NCBI GenBank assembly: GCA_003693705.1
Contig: RBZT01000690.1
Coordinates: 1 to 45,922 of the forward strand
DNA length: 45,922 nucleotides
Source of the DNA: Polymyxa betae A26-41
Lineage: Eukaryota > Protista > Endomyxa: Phytomyxea
Reading direction: 5' to 3'
Shown: in pieces, positions 1 through 9,397 of the stretch
How the letters are laid out: each line of letters starts with the position of its first letter
Numbering within the stretch: position 1 is the stretch's first letter
Made by a program: the position numbers and the translations under genes
Notes under the pieces: model-generated
Database searches by the model: none
What the model was told of the DNA's origin: nothing
Seen by the model: the letters and a program-made list of their open reading frames with translations, nothing else

Positions 1-156
1 GAAAAAACTGATAATTTAGGAAATATTGATAAAGTTATTGAAAGAAATAAAATCGATAAAAAATTAGAAAAAGAAGGACAAGGAAAAATTACAGATTTTT
101 TTAAAAGTAATAAAGTTAATAATAAAGTTAATAGATTGAATAAATTATTGAATTAA
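1..156 (+). CDS. 3' end of a truncated ORF with a C-terminal PCNA-interacting (PIP) box
   Basis: Frame 1 is open from base 1: EKTDNLGNIDKVIERNKIDKKLEKEGQGKITDFFKSNKVNNKVNRLNKLLN*. QGKITDFF (79-102) fits Qxx[ILM]xxFF. Confidence 0.6.
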   Translation, partial: EKTDNLGNIDKVIERNKIDKKLEKEGQGKITDFFKSNKVNNKVNRLNKLLN

Positions 157-249
157 TTTTTTATAATTAAATTATAATTGAATAATAAAAAAATTAGTGT
201 ATCCATTATTATAATAATTTTTTTAAATTGTTTTTAATGTGATAAAATG

Positions 250-710
250 AAAAATAATTTTACGGACTTTTTTGAAAAATAATTTTAATGTCCTTTTGGG
301 AAATTGTTTTTTTGAATCCTAAAAAGATACTTTTGAATTTTTCATAGTCCCTGGACTTTTTTACGGACTTAAAATAATTTTACGGACTTTTTTAAATTTT
401 GGTTTAGGGTCCTTTTGGGAAATTGTTTTTCATTTCTAAAAAGATACTTTTGAATTTTTCATAGTCCCTGGTCTTTTTTAAAATTAAAGTCTTTTTGGGT
501 CTGGGTTTTTGGATATTCTAAAAAGAGAATTTTTTCATAGTCCCTGGACTTTTTTAAAATTAGGGTCTTTTTGGGTCTGGGGTTTTTGGAATTCTAAAAA
601 GATACTTTTGAATTTGAAAAATTAGGGTTTAAGGGTCCTTTTGGGATTAGGTTTTTGAAAAGTTGGATACTTCTAAAAGGATATTAAATATTAGGGTCTT
701 TTTTGGATTG
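250..710. repeat. Mosaic degenerate repeat array built from short palindromic modules
   Basis: CATAGTCCCTGG at ~343, ~460, ~536; CTAAAAAGATACTTTTGAATTT at ~319, ~436, ~594; GTCCTTTTGGGA at ~290, ~409, ~635; TACGGACTT x3; scattered TTAGGG. Confidence 0.9.
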
Positions 711-1234
711 AAAACTACCCCGTTTTTATATCGGATCACCATAACTACTTCTATTAATTGGAAAATCTTATCAATAAATAGTTTTTGCCGTTTTAACTCC
801 TTTAAACTGTACCTTTTATATGATAAATCATCATTATACACTTTAAAATATATCTCGTGTAATTTAATACAATTATTATGGTATTCGTTTAATAAATTGT
901 ATAAATATATCGACAACTCCATATTAAAATCCTTAAATTTAGTTTTATTTTTTTTGTTGAGACCCCCAAAATAATATTTATCTCGCTTAACATTTTCACA
1001 ATGTTTTAAATTATAAAAGACTTCAATAGCGTAGTTTTCTGGAATGAATTTACACATTAAATCATCTCCAATACATTTGAAATGACTAAATGTTCCATTT
1101 CCAAAATAGAAAATTTTGTCAATAACTCGCAATTCCGATTTATAAAAATTTCCACAAAAAAACCTTTCATCAATTTTAGCAAAATGTTTAGCGATATTAT
1201 ATATTTCCATGACATTCTCGTCATTTTTATACAT
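647..1234 (-). CDS. Orphan 195-aa protein (virus-like, K/F/Y/N/I-rich)
   Basis: An ATG-started 195-codon ORF is unlikely by chance in such AT-rich DNA. No recognisable motif. Confidence 0.65.
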   Translation of the reverse strand: MYKNDENVMEIYNIAKHFAKIDERFFCGNFYKSELRVIDKIFYFGNGTFSHFKCIGDDLMCKFIPENYAIEVFYNLKHCENVKRDKYYFGGLNKKNKTKFKDFNMELSIYLYNLLNEYHNNCIKLHEIYFKVYNDDLSYKRYSLKELKRQKLFIDKIFQLIEVVMVIRYKNGVVFNPKKTLIFNILLEVSNFSKT

Positions 1235-1629
1235 ATTTAATAATTCAATAACCCAACATTCATCTCATATTTACACATTATATATTTCATCATTTATATT
1301 TTTAAATATTTTCTGGATATTGTTTTATTCATTATGATTTAAAAAATAATCCTTATAAATTAAAAATTAATATTTATCATTATTTTCATAAACGTGAAAA
1401 TGTTTATGATATTGATATGTTAAAATCTTTCTTGGATAAAAATACTGAATATATAGAATTTATAGTCAATATAGAGAAATAATGAAATCTGAAAACGTAA
1501 TTTTTAATCATCTCAGAAAAAAATGGTTTTATATTAAAGGTTTAACGGCAAATAGGGCAATATTTAACACGATAAATTTTGTTCATTGGATTAAAATTTC
1601 TGTTAATATTTTTTTAGAGAATGTTTCCG

Positions 1630-1935
1630 TTATAAATTCTCGTTTCTTTGTTTTTCTAATTTTTTTTGTTTTAACATCTCACTACAATATTTTAAGTGTG
1701 CTTCAAGCATTTCAATCATTTCATTTTTATCATACCCACTCTTACAGAATGGGCACAATTCATCAACTGGATGCCCTTTTTCATTAAATTGTTTATCAAA
1801 TTTGAAAATACATTTATTACAAACACCTTTATTACATCTTTTTTCAGAGCAATACATCAATCTAAAATATTCCTCTTCACGACAGATTAAACATTCAATT
1901 TTTTCATGCATTCTAATATTATTATATGAATTCAT
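1630..1935 (-). CDS. Small RING-finger-type protein (putative E3 ligase) with a C-terminal coiled segment
   Basis: CLIC-x10-CSEKRC-x4-CNKC...CPFCK gives eight Cys in RING-like spacing. Confidence 0.75.
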   Translation of the reverse strand: MNSYNNIRMHEKIECLICREEEYFRLMYCSEKRCNKGVCNKCIFKFDKQFNEKGHPVDELCPFCKSGYDKNEMIEMLEAHLKYCSEMLKQKKLEKQRNENL

Positions 1936-1950
1936 TCTTTAAATATCTTA

Positions 1951-1997
1951 TTCAAAAATCAGTTTTTTTTATGTTTCAAAAAATCAGTTTTTTTTTT
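1951..1997 (-). promoter_or_regulatory. Duplicated AAAAACTGATTTTT motif upstream of the RING ORF, resembling the giant-virus early promoter AAAATTGA
   Basis: TTCAAAAA(A)TCAGTTTTTTTT occurs twice on + just upstream of the minus-strand ATG at 1935. It is one mismatch from the Mimivirus early element. Confidence 0.45.
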
Positions 1998-2310
1998 CGT
2001 ATTTTTTAAAACATAATTTTCCCTATTTCTGATTCATAAAATGAACAACTACTTCATTAATCCAAGGATATTCTTGCCATCCCATCTCTCTTGTAAATTG
2101 ATTAATATGATAATTTTTCATTTGCGCTTTATTTGCGGGTTTATCACCTATAATCGTAATTCACTTGAATACATACATACACCATTCATAAATATTTCAA
2201 ATAAATCATGTTCAAAAGTATATTCAAGGGATTTTAATTCATCAAAAAACGATTTACAATATTATCCATATTACAATAACCCCCTATTGTTATTTTCAAT
2301 ATTTACCCCA

Positions 2311-2372
2311 NNNNNNNNNNNNNNNNNNNNNNNNNNNNNNNNNNNNNNNNNNNNNNNNNNNNNNNNNNNNNN
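2311..2372. other. Assembly gap (62 N)
   Basis: Run of N separating two compositionally different segments. Confidence 1.
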
Positions 2373-2606
2373 GCACGAGGTCATTTTTGTATGGGAAAAT
2401 GGCATTTTTCGCCGATTTTCGAAAATCTTGCGTGACAGAAAGGGGTTTTGAGTGGCATTTTAGGGGCTGTGAGTGGCACGGCTGCCTGGCAGGAAAATAT
2501 AAGGATTATTATGATTAAATTATGGATTGATTGCGGATTAATGCGTGTGATTGATGCGTCATTTTTAAAAAATATTTCAAAAATATCACTTGGATGCGAG
2601 CCCCAG

Positions 2607-2778
2607 ACTTGAATACCAGAATGATATTATTGAAAACATTTCCAAAAAATATCACGTTATAAGACCCAATAACGTGATATTATTGAAAAAAGTTTCAAAA
2701 ATATCACATTAAAAGATCTTATAATATAACGTGATTTTTTTGGAAATGTTTTCAATGATATCATTCTGGTATTCAAGT
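2607..2778. mobile_element. Foldback/MITE-like element with ~55-bp terminal inverted repeats and internal palindromic subunits
   Basis: ACTTGAATACCAGAATGATATTATTGAAAACATTTCCAAAAAATATCACGTTATA at 2607 is mirrored by TATAACGTGATTTTTTTGGAAATGTTTTCAATGATATCATTCTGGTATTCAAGT ending at 2778. Confidence 0.75.
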
Positions 2779-3112
2779 AACGTTGGTCGACAGCATGGTT
2801 GGATGCGAATAGGTCATGGAATTCGATTTTTCAAAAGCAATAAACAGCAAATGGCGAACCAAGATTTCGGAGCTCTCACCATTTTCAGCTTGATAATGAG
2901 GCGAGGCTCGGTCTCGGAACGTCGTGATGTTTCGGAGTCAAACGAATCCGGCGACTGTGCTGGTGTTCTGTGGAACGACTGATTTTTCCCCCCTGCGCAC
3001 TTGGAGGATCGAGTTTCAAACAAAAGACCATTCATCCGTCTTTGACTAAATGCCGAAAATGCGGAACGCGCCGTCCGCAATTGCGACCTGACCCAGCATT
3101 TCCAGTTGCCAG

Positions 3113-3665
3113 TAGGGTTTTGCTGAGTCCAGAATATGACTCGACTCAACTCCGGGGTTTTGTGAGTTATCGCGGCTCGTCGCAGTCGTTATTCTGAGTC
3201 GACCCGAAACAAGGCCAACTCGACACAACTCGGAGTCGGGGGATCCCTCGGAGTCGACTTAGATCGGGCCCTCATAGGGCACAGTCTCATCAATCCGATA
3301 TCCTTCCGGAAAAAACATTCTTGTATGTACATGGCCGAGACGAGCTCGAACTTTTGACACTTTCGAGCCTGCTCAAGACAAAACCTGCTCACTTGGCACC
3401 GACTTCGCGATATCGAGGAATCTCTACAGTATTGGTTTGAGTCGACTTCAAGCTGTAACATTTCGACTTGGGAAAATCCGAGTCGACTCCGACGCATTTG
3501 TTAAGTCGTGATGAATCGAGTCGACTCCTCGAAACTTTTGCCGCGCACTTATTGTCAAAATTTCCAAAACCAAGAAAAGCGTGACCCGACGCACTTTTTT
3601 CATGAACGACTCGAAAATGGAACCATTCCTCTTCTCTATATTGACGACCCCTTCGATCGTCGCCG
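3113..3665. mobile_element. Non-coding hAT-like remnant rich in GAGTCGACTC / GACTCG motifs
   Basis: Many GAGTCGAC(T/C) and ACTCG motifs in both orientations. The same motif follows the hAT terminus at 44568. Confidence 0.5.
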
Positions 3666-3959
3666 CCTTTGTCAAGGATTAGAAAATCCGTTCACAGATT
3701 GTTTCAACGACGCTTTTTATTGAATTATTCCTTCAACAAAAAGAAAACAGGAATTTCCGGATTTTTAGTTCAAAATCCGAAAAAGAGAACGTAAGCACGA
3801 CAAACGGTCAAATATCTTCAATCATCATGATCTGCATCAAACGGCGAATTCGTTCGCTTTGCTAACTGCAGATTTCGGTGAAATTGCGGAATCGGGGGCG
3901 CTGGGGTCCCCGGACTCCGCAGTCTTGTCTGAAGGTCGTCCAAGAGCGCCGCCGAACCG

Positions 3960-6900
3960 ATGTCGTCGTCGCCGGTCTCGGGCGTCCTGGCCGCCCTGCA
4001 CGCGATCCACGACGGCGCCACGCCGCACGAGCAGCGCCTAGCTGCGTCGCGGTTCTGCAACGAGTTCCGCGCGCTGGGCTATGGCGCCTTGGCCGGCGCC
4101 CTGGAGCTGGCCGCCCCCGCCATGAACGACCAAGCTCGTCATTTCGGCATGCAGACCTTGATCGGAATCGTCGATCGATATTGGAATACGCTCGGGACTG
4201 CAGATAAACAGGTGCGCCCTGTCGAATCTCTCTTCATTTTGTGTTTTAGACAGTTTGGCGATTTTTTAAAGTAATGCTTCTTGCAATTTTGAAATGTTAT
4301 TTGCCTGCTGAAACTGTCTTATTTGGACGCTTCTTTTACAATCACTTTAAATGTTTAACAAATGACATCGCAGAGAATAATCCGATTCATTTTTTTTCGA
4401 TTTAGCCTCTCTCGAGCATCAAATTTGTTTCTTCGTTTTCTGCTTTACGTAAAAGGCATATTCCATAGAACAGGTTTAATTGCAGTTTTATTAATTTCGC
4501 TTTCCAAAAGTTGCCAAATTGTCGCCATTTCGCACCGAATTTGTCTTCTCTGATGGCGTGTTTCTATTTCGATCATTTGACGGTCTAGACGCGAGAGAGT
4601 ATAACCTGATCCCGCATAGGCGATGATGAGCACCGGCCTGAACCTGGTCCGAACCGGGAGCTCGGGCGACCCGACCGAGCCGAAATTCGTCCGCGAGATG
4701 ATCGCCCGTCTCGTGGTGGACATGGCCGCCCGAGAATGGCCCCAGCAATGGCCCACCCTGCACACCGACCTGCTCCAGGTCCGGCCAAGGTCCAGTACGG
4801 CGCACCGCCCCAGCCTCACTGACCTCTGTAGGCGTCGCAGGCGTCCGTCGCGGCCCAGCACCTGACCGTCCTGGTCTTCTCGGCGCTGGCCGAGCTGATC
4901 GTCATGCCGACCGTCAAGGGTCGCAAGTTCCTGCCGGAGCGACGCCGCGCCGAGATCCGGACCGGCCTCGAGACCGTACTGGCCGACATCAACGCGTTCC
5001 TGATTCGCGCGCTGCAATCGGGCCAGAGGCATCTAGTGCTGGCTGCGTTCCATTGCGTGACGTCGTACGCCGATTGGGTGGGTGGTTCGACGCCGGCCGT
5101 AAACCCTAAAACCCTAAACCCTCGCAGGCGTCGCCTTCGAATCTGGTTTCGGGCCGGATTATGTCAGCGCTGGCGGCGCTGTTCGTGACGCCGGCGTATT
5201 TCGAGGCGGCCGCAGAACCTCTCCTGCGTCTGTGCTCACGCAAGGCTCCGAGTCCGGTAAGACGCGGCAGCGGCCGTCGTATTGGTCCGCGGGCGTCGAG
5301 ACTGACGCGCTCTCCGTCGTGGCAGGCCGACGACGAATTCGCGGCCGAGATCGGAACTGTCTGGAACGCTTGCGTGACGATCGCCACGCAGCTGGTGAGA
5401 TCGGCGCCGTTCCCGGACCAGCTGCGGCTCGTGAAGATCGCCGTCGACCTGCTCGCCGTACTGGCCAAATACCATCGGGCGCAGCTCGGTATGCTGAAAT
5501 TGCTGTTTGTCCGGGTCCTCTGTTCCTGATGATTGATGTGCAGTGAAATCCGAACAGATCCGCAACATGTTCTTGTCGTTGCTGGGTGATCTGCTGAAAA
5601 CCGATGATTCTGAGGTGCGCAGTTTTTGTTCGCACATTTTTTGCGATTGGAATTTCACGCACTTTATGACGCATTTTCCTCTTTTTTTCACGGAGCTGTC
5701 TAAACTGCCATTATAGATCGGTATTGTGGTGCTCTCGATCTGGAATCCATTGCTGAAGGCGACCGGGGCGACCTCGTCTCCGACCAATTCCAACAATGTA
5801 ACCGTGATCCCCAACGATCAGCGCCAGCCTGTCCTACGCGAGCTCTTCGTGATCGCCATCGCACGTTTCATGGCGACGCCGCCGAATCCGGCGCCCAGCG
5901 CCAGCTCTGGTCTGTTTGTCTTGTGGTTTCAAACTGCCACTGATCGTCTGCAGATGACGCCGATGCCGACGACGACGCCGCCCAGCTCAGCCGCCAATAC
6001 CAGAAGTATCGAAGCTCGATTCTGGACCTGGTCAAAACCATAACGGTCGAGGTCCCGCTCATGGCGCTACAGCTCACCGCTCCACCTATCGTCCGCCTGC
6101 TATCGACGCCGCCCAGCGACCATCTCAACTCTATCGTCGGCGGCACAGCCCAGACCACCTCGGTAAGGTTTCTGATTCTTCTTACGCAATTCTACGTCAC
6201 CCACATTCCATTATCTGGTTTGCTTTTTGCTTGTTCGCACCTTTGCTCATGCTGTCTCGCACTTTTCTTCTCTCGCATTGTTGACGCATCAAATTTCTTT
6301 TCTCACTGTTTCTCACACATTGCGCAAATGCCGTCTGTTGGAGTTTTCGTTTTTTTGTGCGCATTTTCTGTGCACATTGTGTAACGCACTTTGTGTCTCA
6401 CGTTACATTTTTCTGATATTATGTGTTTCAGATTCAGCAGCTCCAGGCATGTTGTGTCCTGCTGAACGCCATCCTGGACACCGCGCCTTTCCGCCAAACC
6501 ACCCCGGACGCCGCCCTGCTCACCGCCCAGCAATCCCTTCTAACCTCGGTCATGAATGCTGCGCCCCAGGACCCGCAGATCCTCATGCGTCAGGCGTACC
6601 TGCTGGCCCTGTTTCACGACGTGTTGGCCCGGGCGCCACCCGCTCTGCAAGCCGTCGTCGACAAGCTGCTCTGGATGAACGGATTCGTCCCGGACCGCGT
6701 CACGGACCACGACGCCCTCGTCCATCAGCGACGCGCGCTGGCGTCGCTTCTCGTGATCGCACGCAAGCCTGCCTGTGCATCCCAGCTATTAAAATGGTCC
6801 GCGACGGAGTCCGTCGTGGCGCTGTCATGCTCATATCTATGTCTGATAGGTTCGCAGAACTATCGCCGATGATGCTGGCCCTGTGCAAGACGCGGCCCGC

Positions 6901-8923
6901 GCATGCCCCGGCCTTGCTCGAGGTGCTCGTTACCATTTGTAACGCGCTGCCATCCGCCACCGATCGCATCAATTACGTCCTTCAACTAATCCGCGGCGAA
7001 CTTAACGAATTCGTCGCCCTCGATATGCGCCGATTTCTCCAGGTGGGATATCCGCAACAAATTTCACAATTTTTTCGCACAACTTCACGTGTTTTCGACC
7101 GTTTCTCACATGTGCCAGATTTTCGGTCTTAACGCGGATCGCCCTGTCAAAGTGAACCTGGATGAGGCTGTCGCTCTGCGTGAGGACAGGTATCATCTGC
7201 TCATGATCCTGAACACGATCCAGTACGTCTTCCGCAGCGTCACTGTCGACGACGCCGACTCGCAGCTGGTAAGCACGCGGACTCCGTCACGCACCGGTGT
7301 GCTCAGCAGATTCGCAGATCCTGTACGGCGCCCTGTCCGGTCTCTGTTCGAACACGTGTGCGATTCTATCCACGATTCATGCGCTGTATTCGCCGGCGCG
7401 GATCGCGGATGCGACGCCAACGGCGCGGGCCGTCCTCGAGCCCTGGATCGTGGAAGGCGATCGAATCGCGGCCCAGGCCGACTCCGCCCGCAAAGACGTG
7501 CTGGAGGCGTTGCGTACGCAGACCTGTACGCCGAAAACCCTAAACCCTTAGCAAACCCCTAACCCCTTTGCAGATGCAATTCGTGATCAATGTTATCTAT
7601 TGTTACAATCTGCATTATCATGCCCCTTCGTGTTCAGCGGCGATTTAACCGTCCTCAATCTCATTATTCAGACCTGTCTATCAGACGCGTGTCTTGGGGT
7701 GGGCCCAGAAGCCCTCCATACATCTCGTATCATCCCCGTTCTATCAAAAGTCTGGTCGCCTTTCCTTGACAAATGCCCCATTCATCATCCAATGTTAGTG
7801 ACTTTTCTATGTAAAACCCTAAACCCTAACGTTTGATAGGTTTCTGTCCGTATTCGCGCGGCTGATTCAGGCCTTATCTGGGCGCTTGTCGCAGCAATGG
7901 GCGTCTGTGTTCGGCGGTGGTGTCGTCTCGGCCGACGCCGGCATCGACCGTGAGGTCTTCGAGGAGAACGCCCTCAGAGAGTTCACGCGAGCCCTCATGG
8001 CCACCATTCAGAGCGCCCTCTCGCCTCACAACTGGGTCGCGTATGCACTGTTTATTTTTCAAACTTTTTTTCGATTTTTTGTCTTCTTCATAAGCAACTT
8101 TTATTCTTTTTGTAAAGTTTTCTTTCAGATTCAGCGATGTCCAAGAGGCTGATAAGACGAGGGATTCTGCCTGTCGGGCGGTCTGCGACGACCCAGGTCT
8201 GGCCGCCGCCACCATCAATGTCCTACATATCGGCCTGCAGGTGCCCGATTCGGTGACACAGACTCGGGCCGCCGCCCTGATCGCCCGCTTGCTGCCGACC
8301 ATGACGACGCCTTCCCACGCCCGCGACCTGTTCGTTCCGATCCTGGAGACTTGCCTGCGCCTTCTGTCAGCAATGACGAAATCGGTCGCGAGCTCTTCCA
8401 CCTCTGGCCAAGGTGATTATTTGCGGTTTCGCTTTATGATTGTTACGCTCTGAAATATCCTGCGTACTGTCTTGCTCTGTTACGCATTTGTTGTTTTAAT
8501 GTTTTTTTTTGCGCTGTAGCGCATCTTTTTTGTTCTCTGTGGCTCGTTTTTTAATTATGCTCAGACCTGATGGGCTTAACCTTCGAGATTTTGAGGCATT
8601 TCGCGACGGTGGATCGTGCCCCATTCGATCTGCTTCTAAGGCAGCAACGGGTCGTCAAAGAGGAGGCCGAGGCCTTGCGCGAGACGCTTATCTCGTCGGC
8701 GCAGGCAACGAAAGCGATGCGGTCGGCGGTACGCGCCTTCATCTTCGCCTACATCACAGAACGCGACGAATCGTCCCCAGTTCGAGGTAAATCTTCTTCA
8801 AAGCGCGTTCCAGCGTATCGTTCATCGTTATTCGTAGATCTGCCGTCACGTCTAGTTTTGCCGGAGAAGCAGTTGGCCTCGGAGCCAACGTCGCCAATGC
8901 CCCTCCCGGATCTGTTCCCGTAA
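3960..8923 (+). CDS. XPO5: Exportin-5-like karyopherin (importin-beta superfamily), 16 exons
   Basis: IBN_N-like start (QRLAASRFCNEF, ARHFGMQTL) and REWPQQWP motif. Frame-consistent GT-AG introns: 4212-4619, 4779-4831, 5078-5127, 5257-5325, 5489-5543, 5615-5716, 5910-5953, 6163-6431, 6797-6849, 7043-7118, 7269-7317, 7526-7573, 7794-7839, 8041-8128, 8413-8564. Ends LPDLFP*. Confidence 0.8.
5101..5122 (+). repeat. Interstitial telomere-type repeat in exportin intron 3
   Basis: AAACCCTAAAACCCTAAACCCT immediately before the CGCAG acceptor. Confidence 0.85.
7534..7567 (+). repeat. Degenerate telomere-type repeat in exportin intron 12
   Basis: AAAACCCTAAACCCTTAGCAAACCCCTAACCCCT fills most of a 48-nt intron. 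Confidence 0.8.
7813..7830 (+). repeat. Telomere-type repeat in exportin intron 13
   Basis: AAAACCCTAAACCCTAAC ends 9 nt before the end of the intron. Confidence 0.85.
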
Positions 8924-9397
8924 TGGGACCGAATCGCAACAGTCAAATCTATCATCGATTTATGCGAACGAGAGACATCCAATATTTAATAAATCTGTCA
9001 GATTTTTGCAAAATCGACTGCTTTGATTGCTCACATTCTCCAACGTAGGCACCGTTTGATTCGGTGATACTGATATGGTAAACAATAACTTGACCAAATA
9101 TGAAACAATATATTGTCACCAATTCGCCAACAGATGTGATGATCTTCATGTTTGTTAAAGGCGAATATGAACCAAACCAGAGTTTGGTCGAGTGCGCTCA
9201 GATCAAACCATTCGTCACGACGCTCTCCGTGCTCTTGGAGAACATCAGCAGCGCGGGTACAAATCTCGTCATAGCGCATGAAGGTTACGGACTGCGTGGC
9301 CGCTCCTCCAAATCTGAGTCGGGACGCCGTTTGACATTATGGGACCTCGGTCTCTTTACCAACCAATGCGTTCGCTAACCCTCTCTTACTAACCCCA

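Larger units (their letters stand above)
1..2310. mobile_element. AT-rich intronless virus-like segment (candidate endogenous giant-virus/large DNA virus fragment, or mis-scaffolded foreign contig)
   Basis: Composition is sharply more AT-rich than the rest of the window. No recognisable introns; short orphan ORFs, a RING ORF, an AAAACTGA motif before an ATG and an AT palindrome after a stop. Separated from the host part by an N gap. No capsid, polymerase or packaging ATPase is visible. Confidence 0.5.

Noticed and set aside
1482-1890. Plus-strand ORFs 1482-1787 and 1696-1890
   Set aside because: They are largely antisense to the better-supported RING ORF and contain no motifs.
2025-2310. Minus-strand coding-like stretch with in-frame TAA/TAG suggesting stop-codon reassignment
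   Set aside because: Neighbouring AT-rich ORFs end normally at TAA and are intact in the standard code. Decay or contig-end error is more likely.
2556-2764. CRISPR-like look (palindromic ~34-bp repeats with spacers)
   Set aside because: The repeats are degenerate and one is inverted. Spacers are unequal and partly mirror each other, there are no cas genes, and the context is eukaryotic. A foldback element explains it.
5101-5122. Telomerase RNA template
   Set aside because: Several dispersed variants sit inside ~50-nt introns, leaving no room for pseudoknot or other telomerase RNA structure.
3818-8982. Many overlapping ORFs on both strands in the ORF track
   Set aside because: These are shadow ORFs of GC-rich exportin exons. 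The spliced + strand model accounts for the region.
8952-9378. Possible small gene between the exportin and photolyase-like genes
   Set aside because: Short ORFs exist on both strands with no motif and no convincing splice model. It cannot be supported without transcripts.
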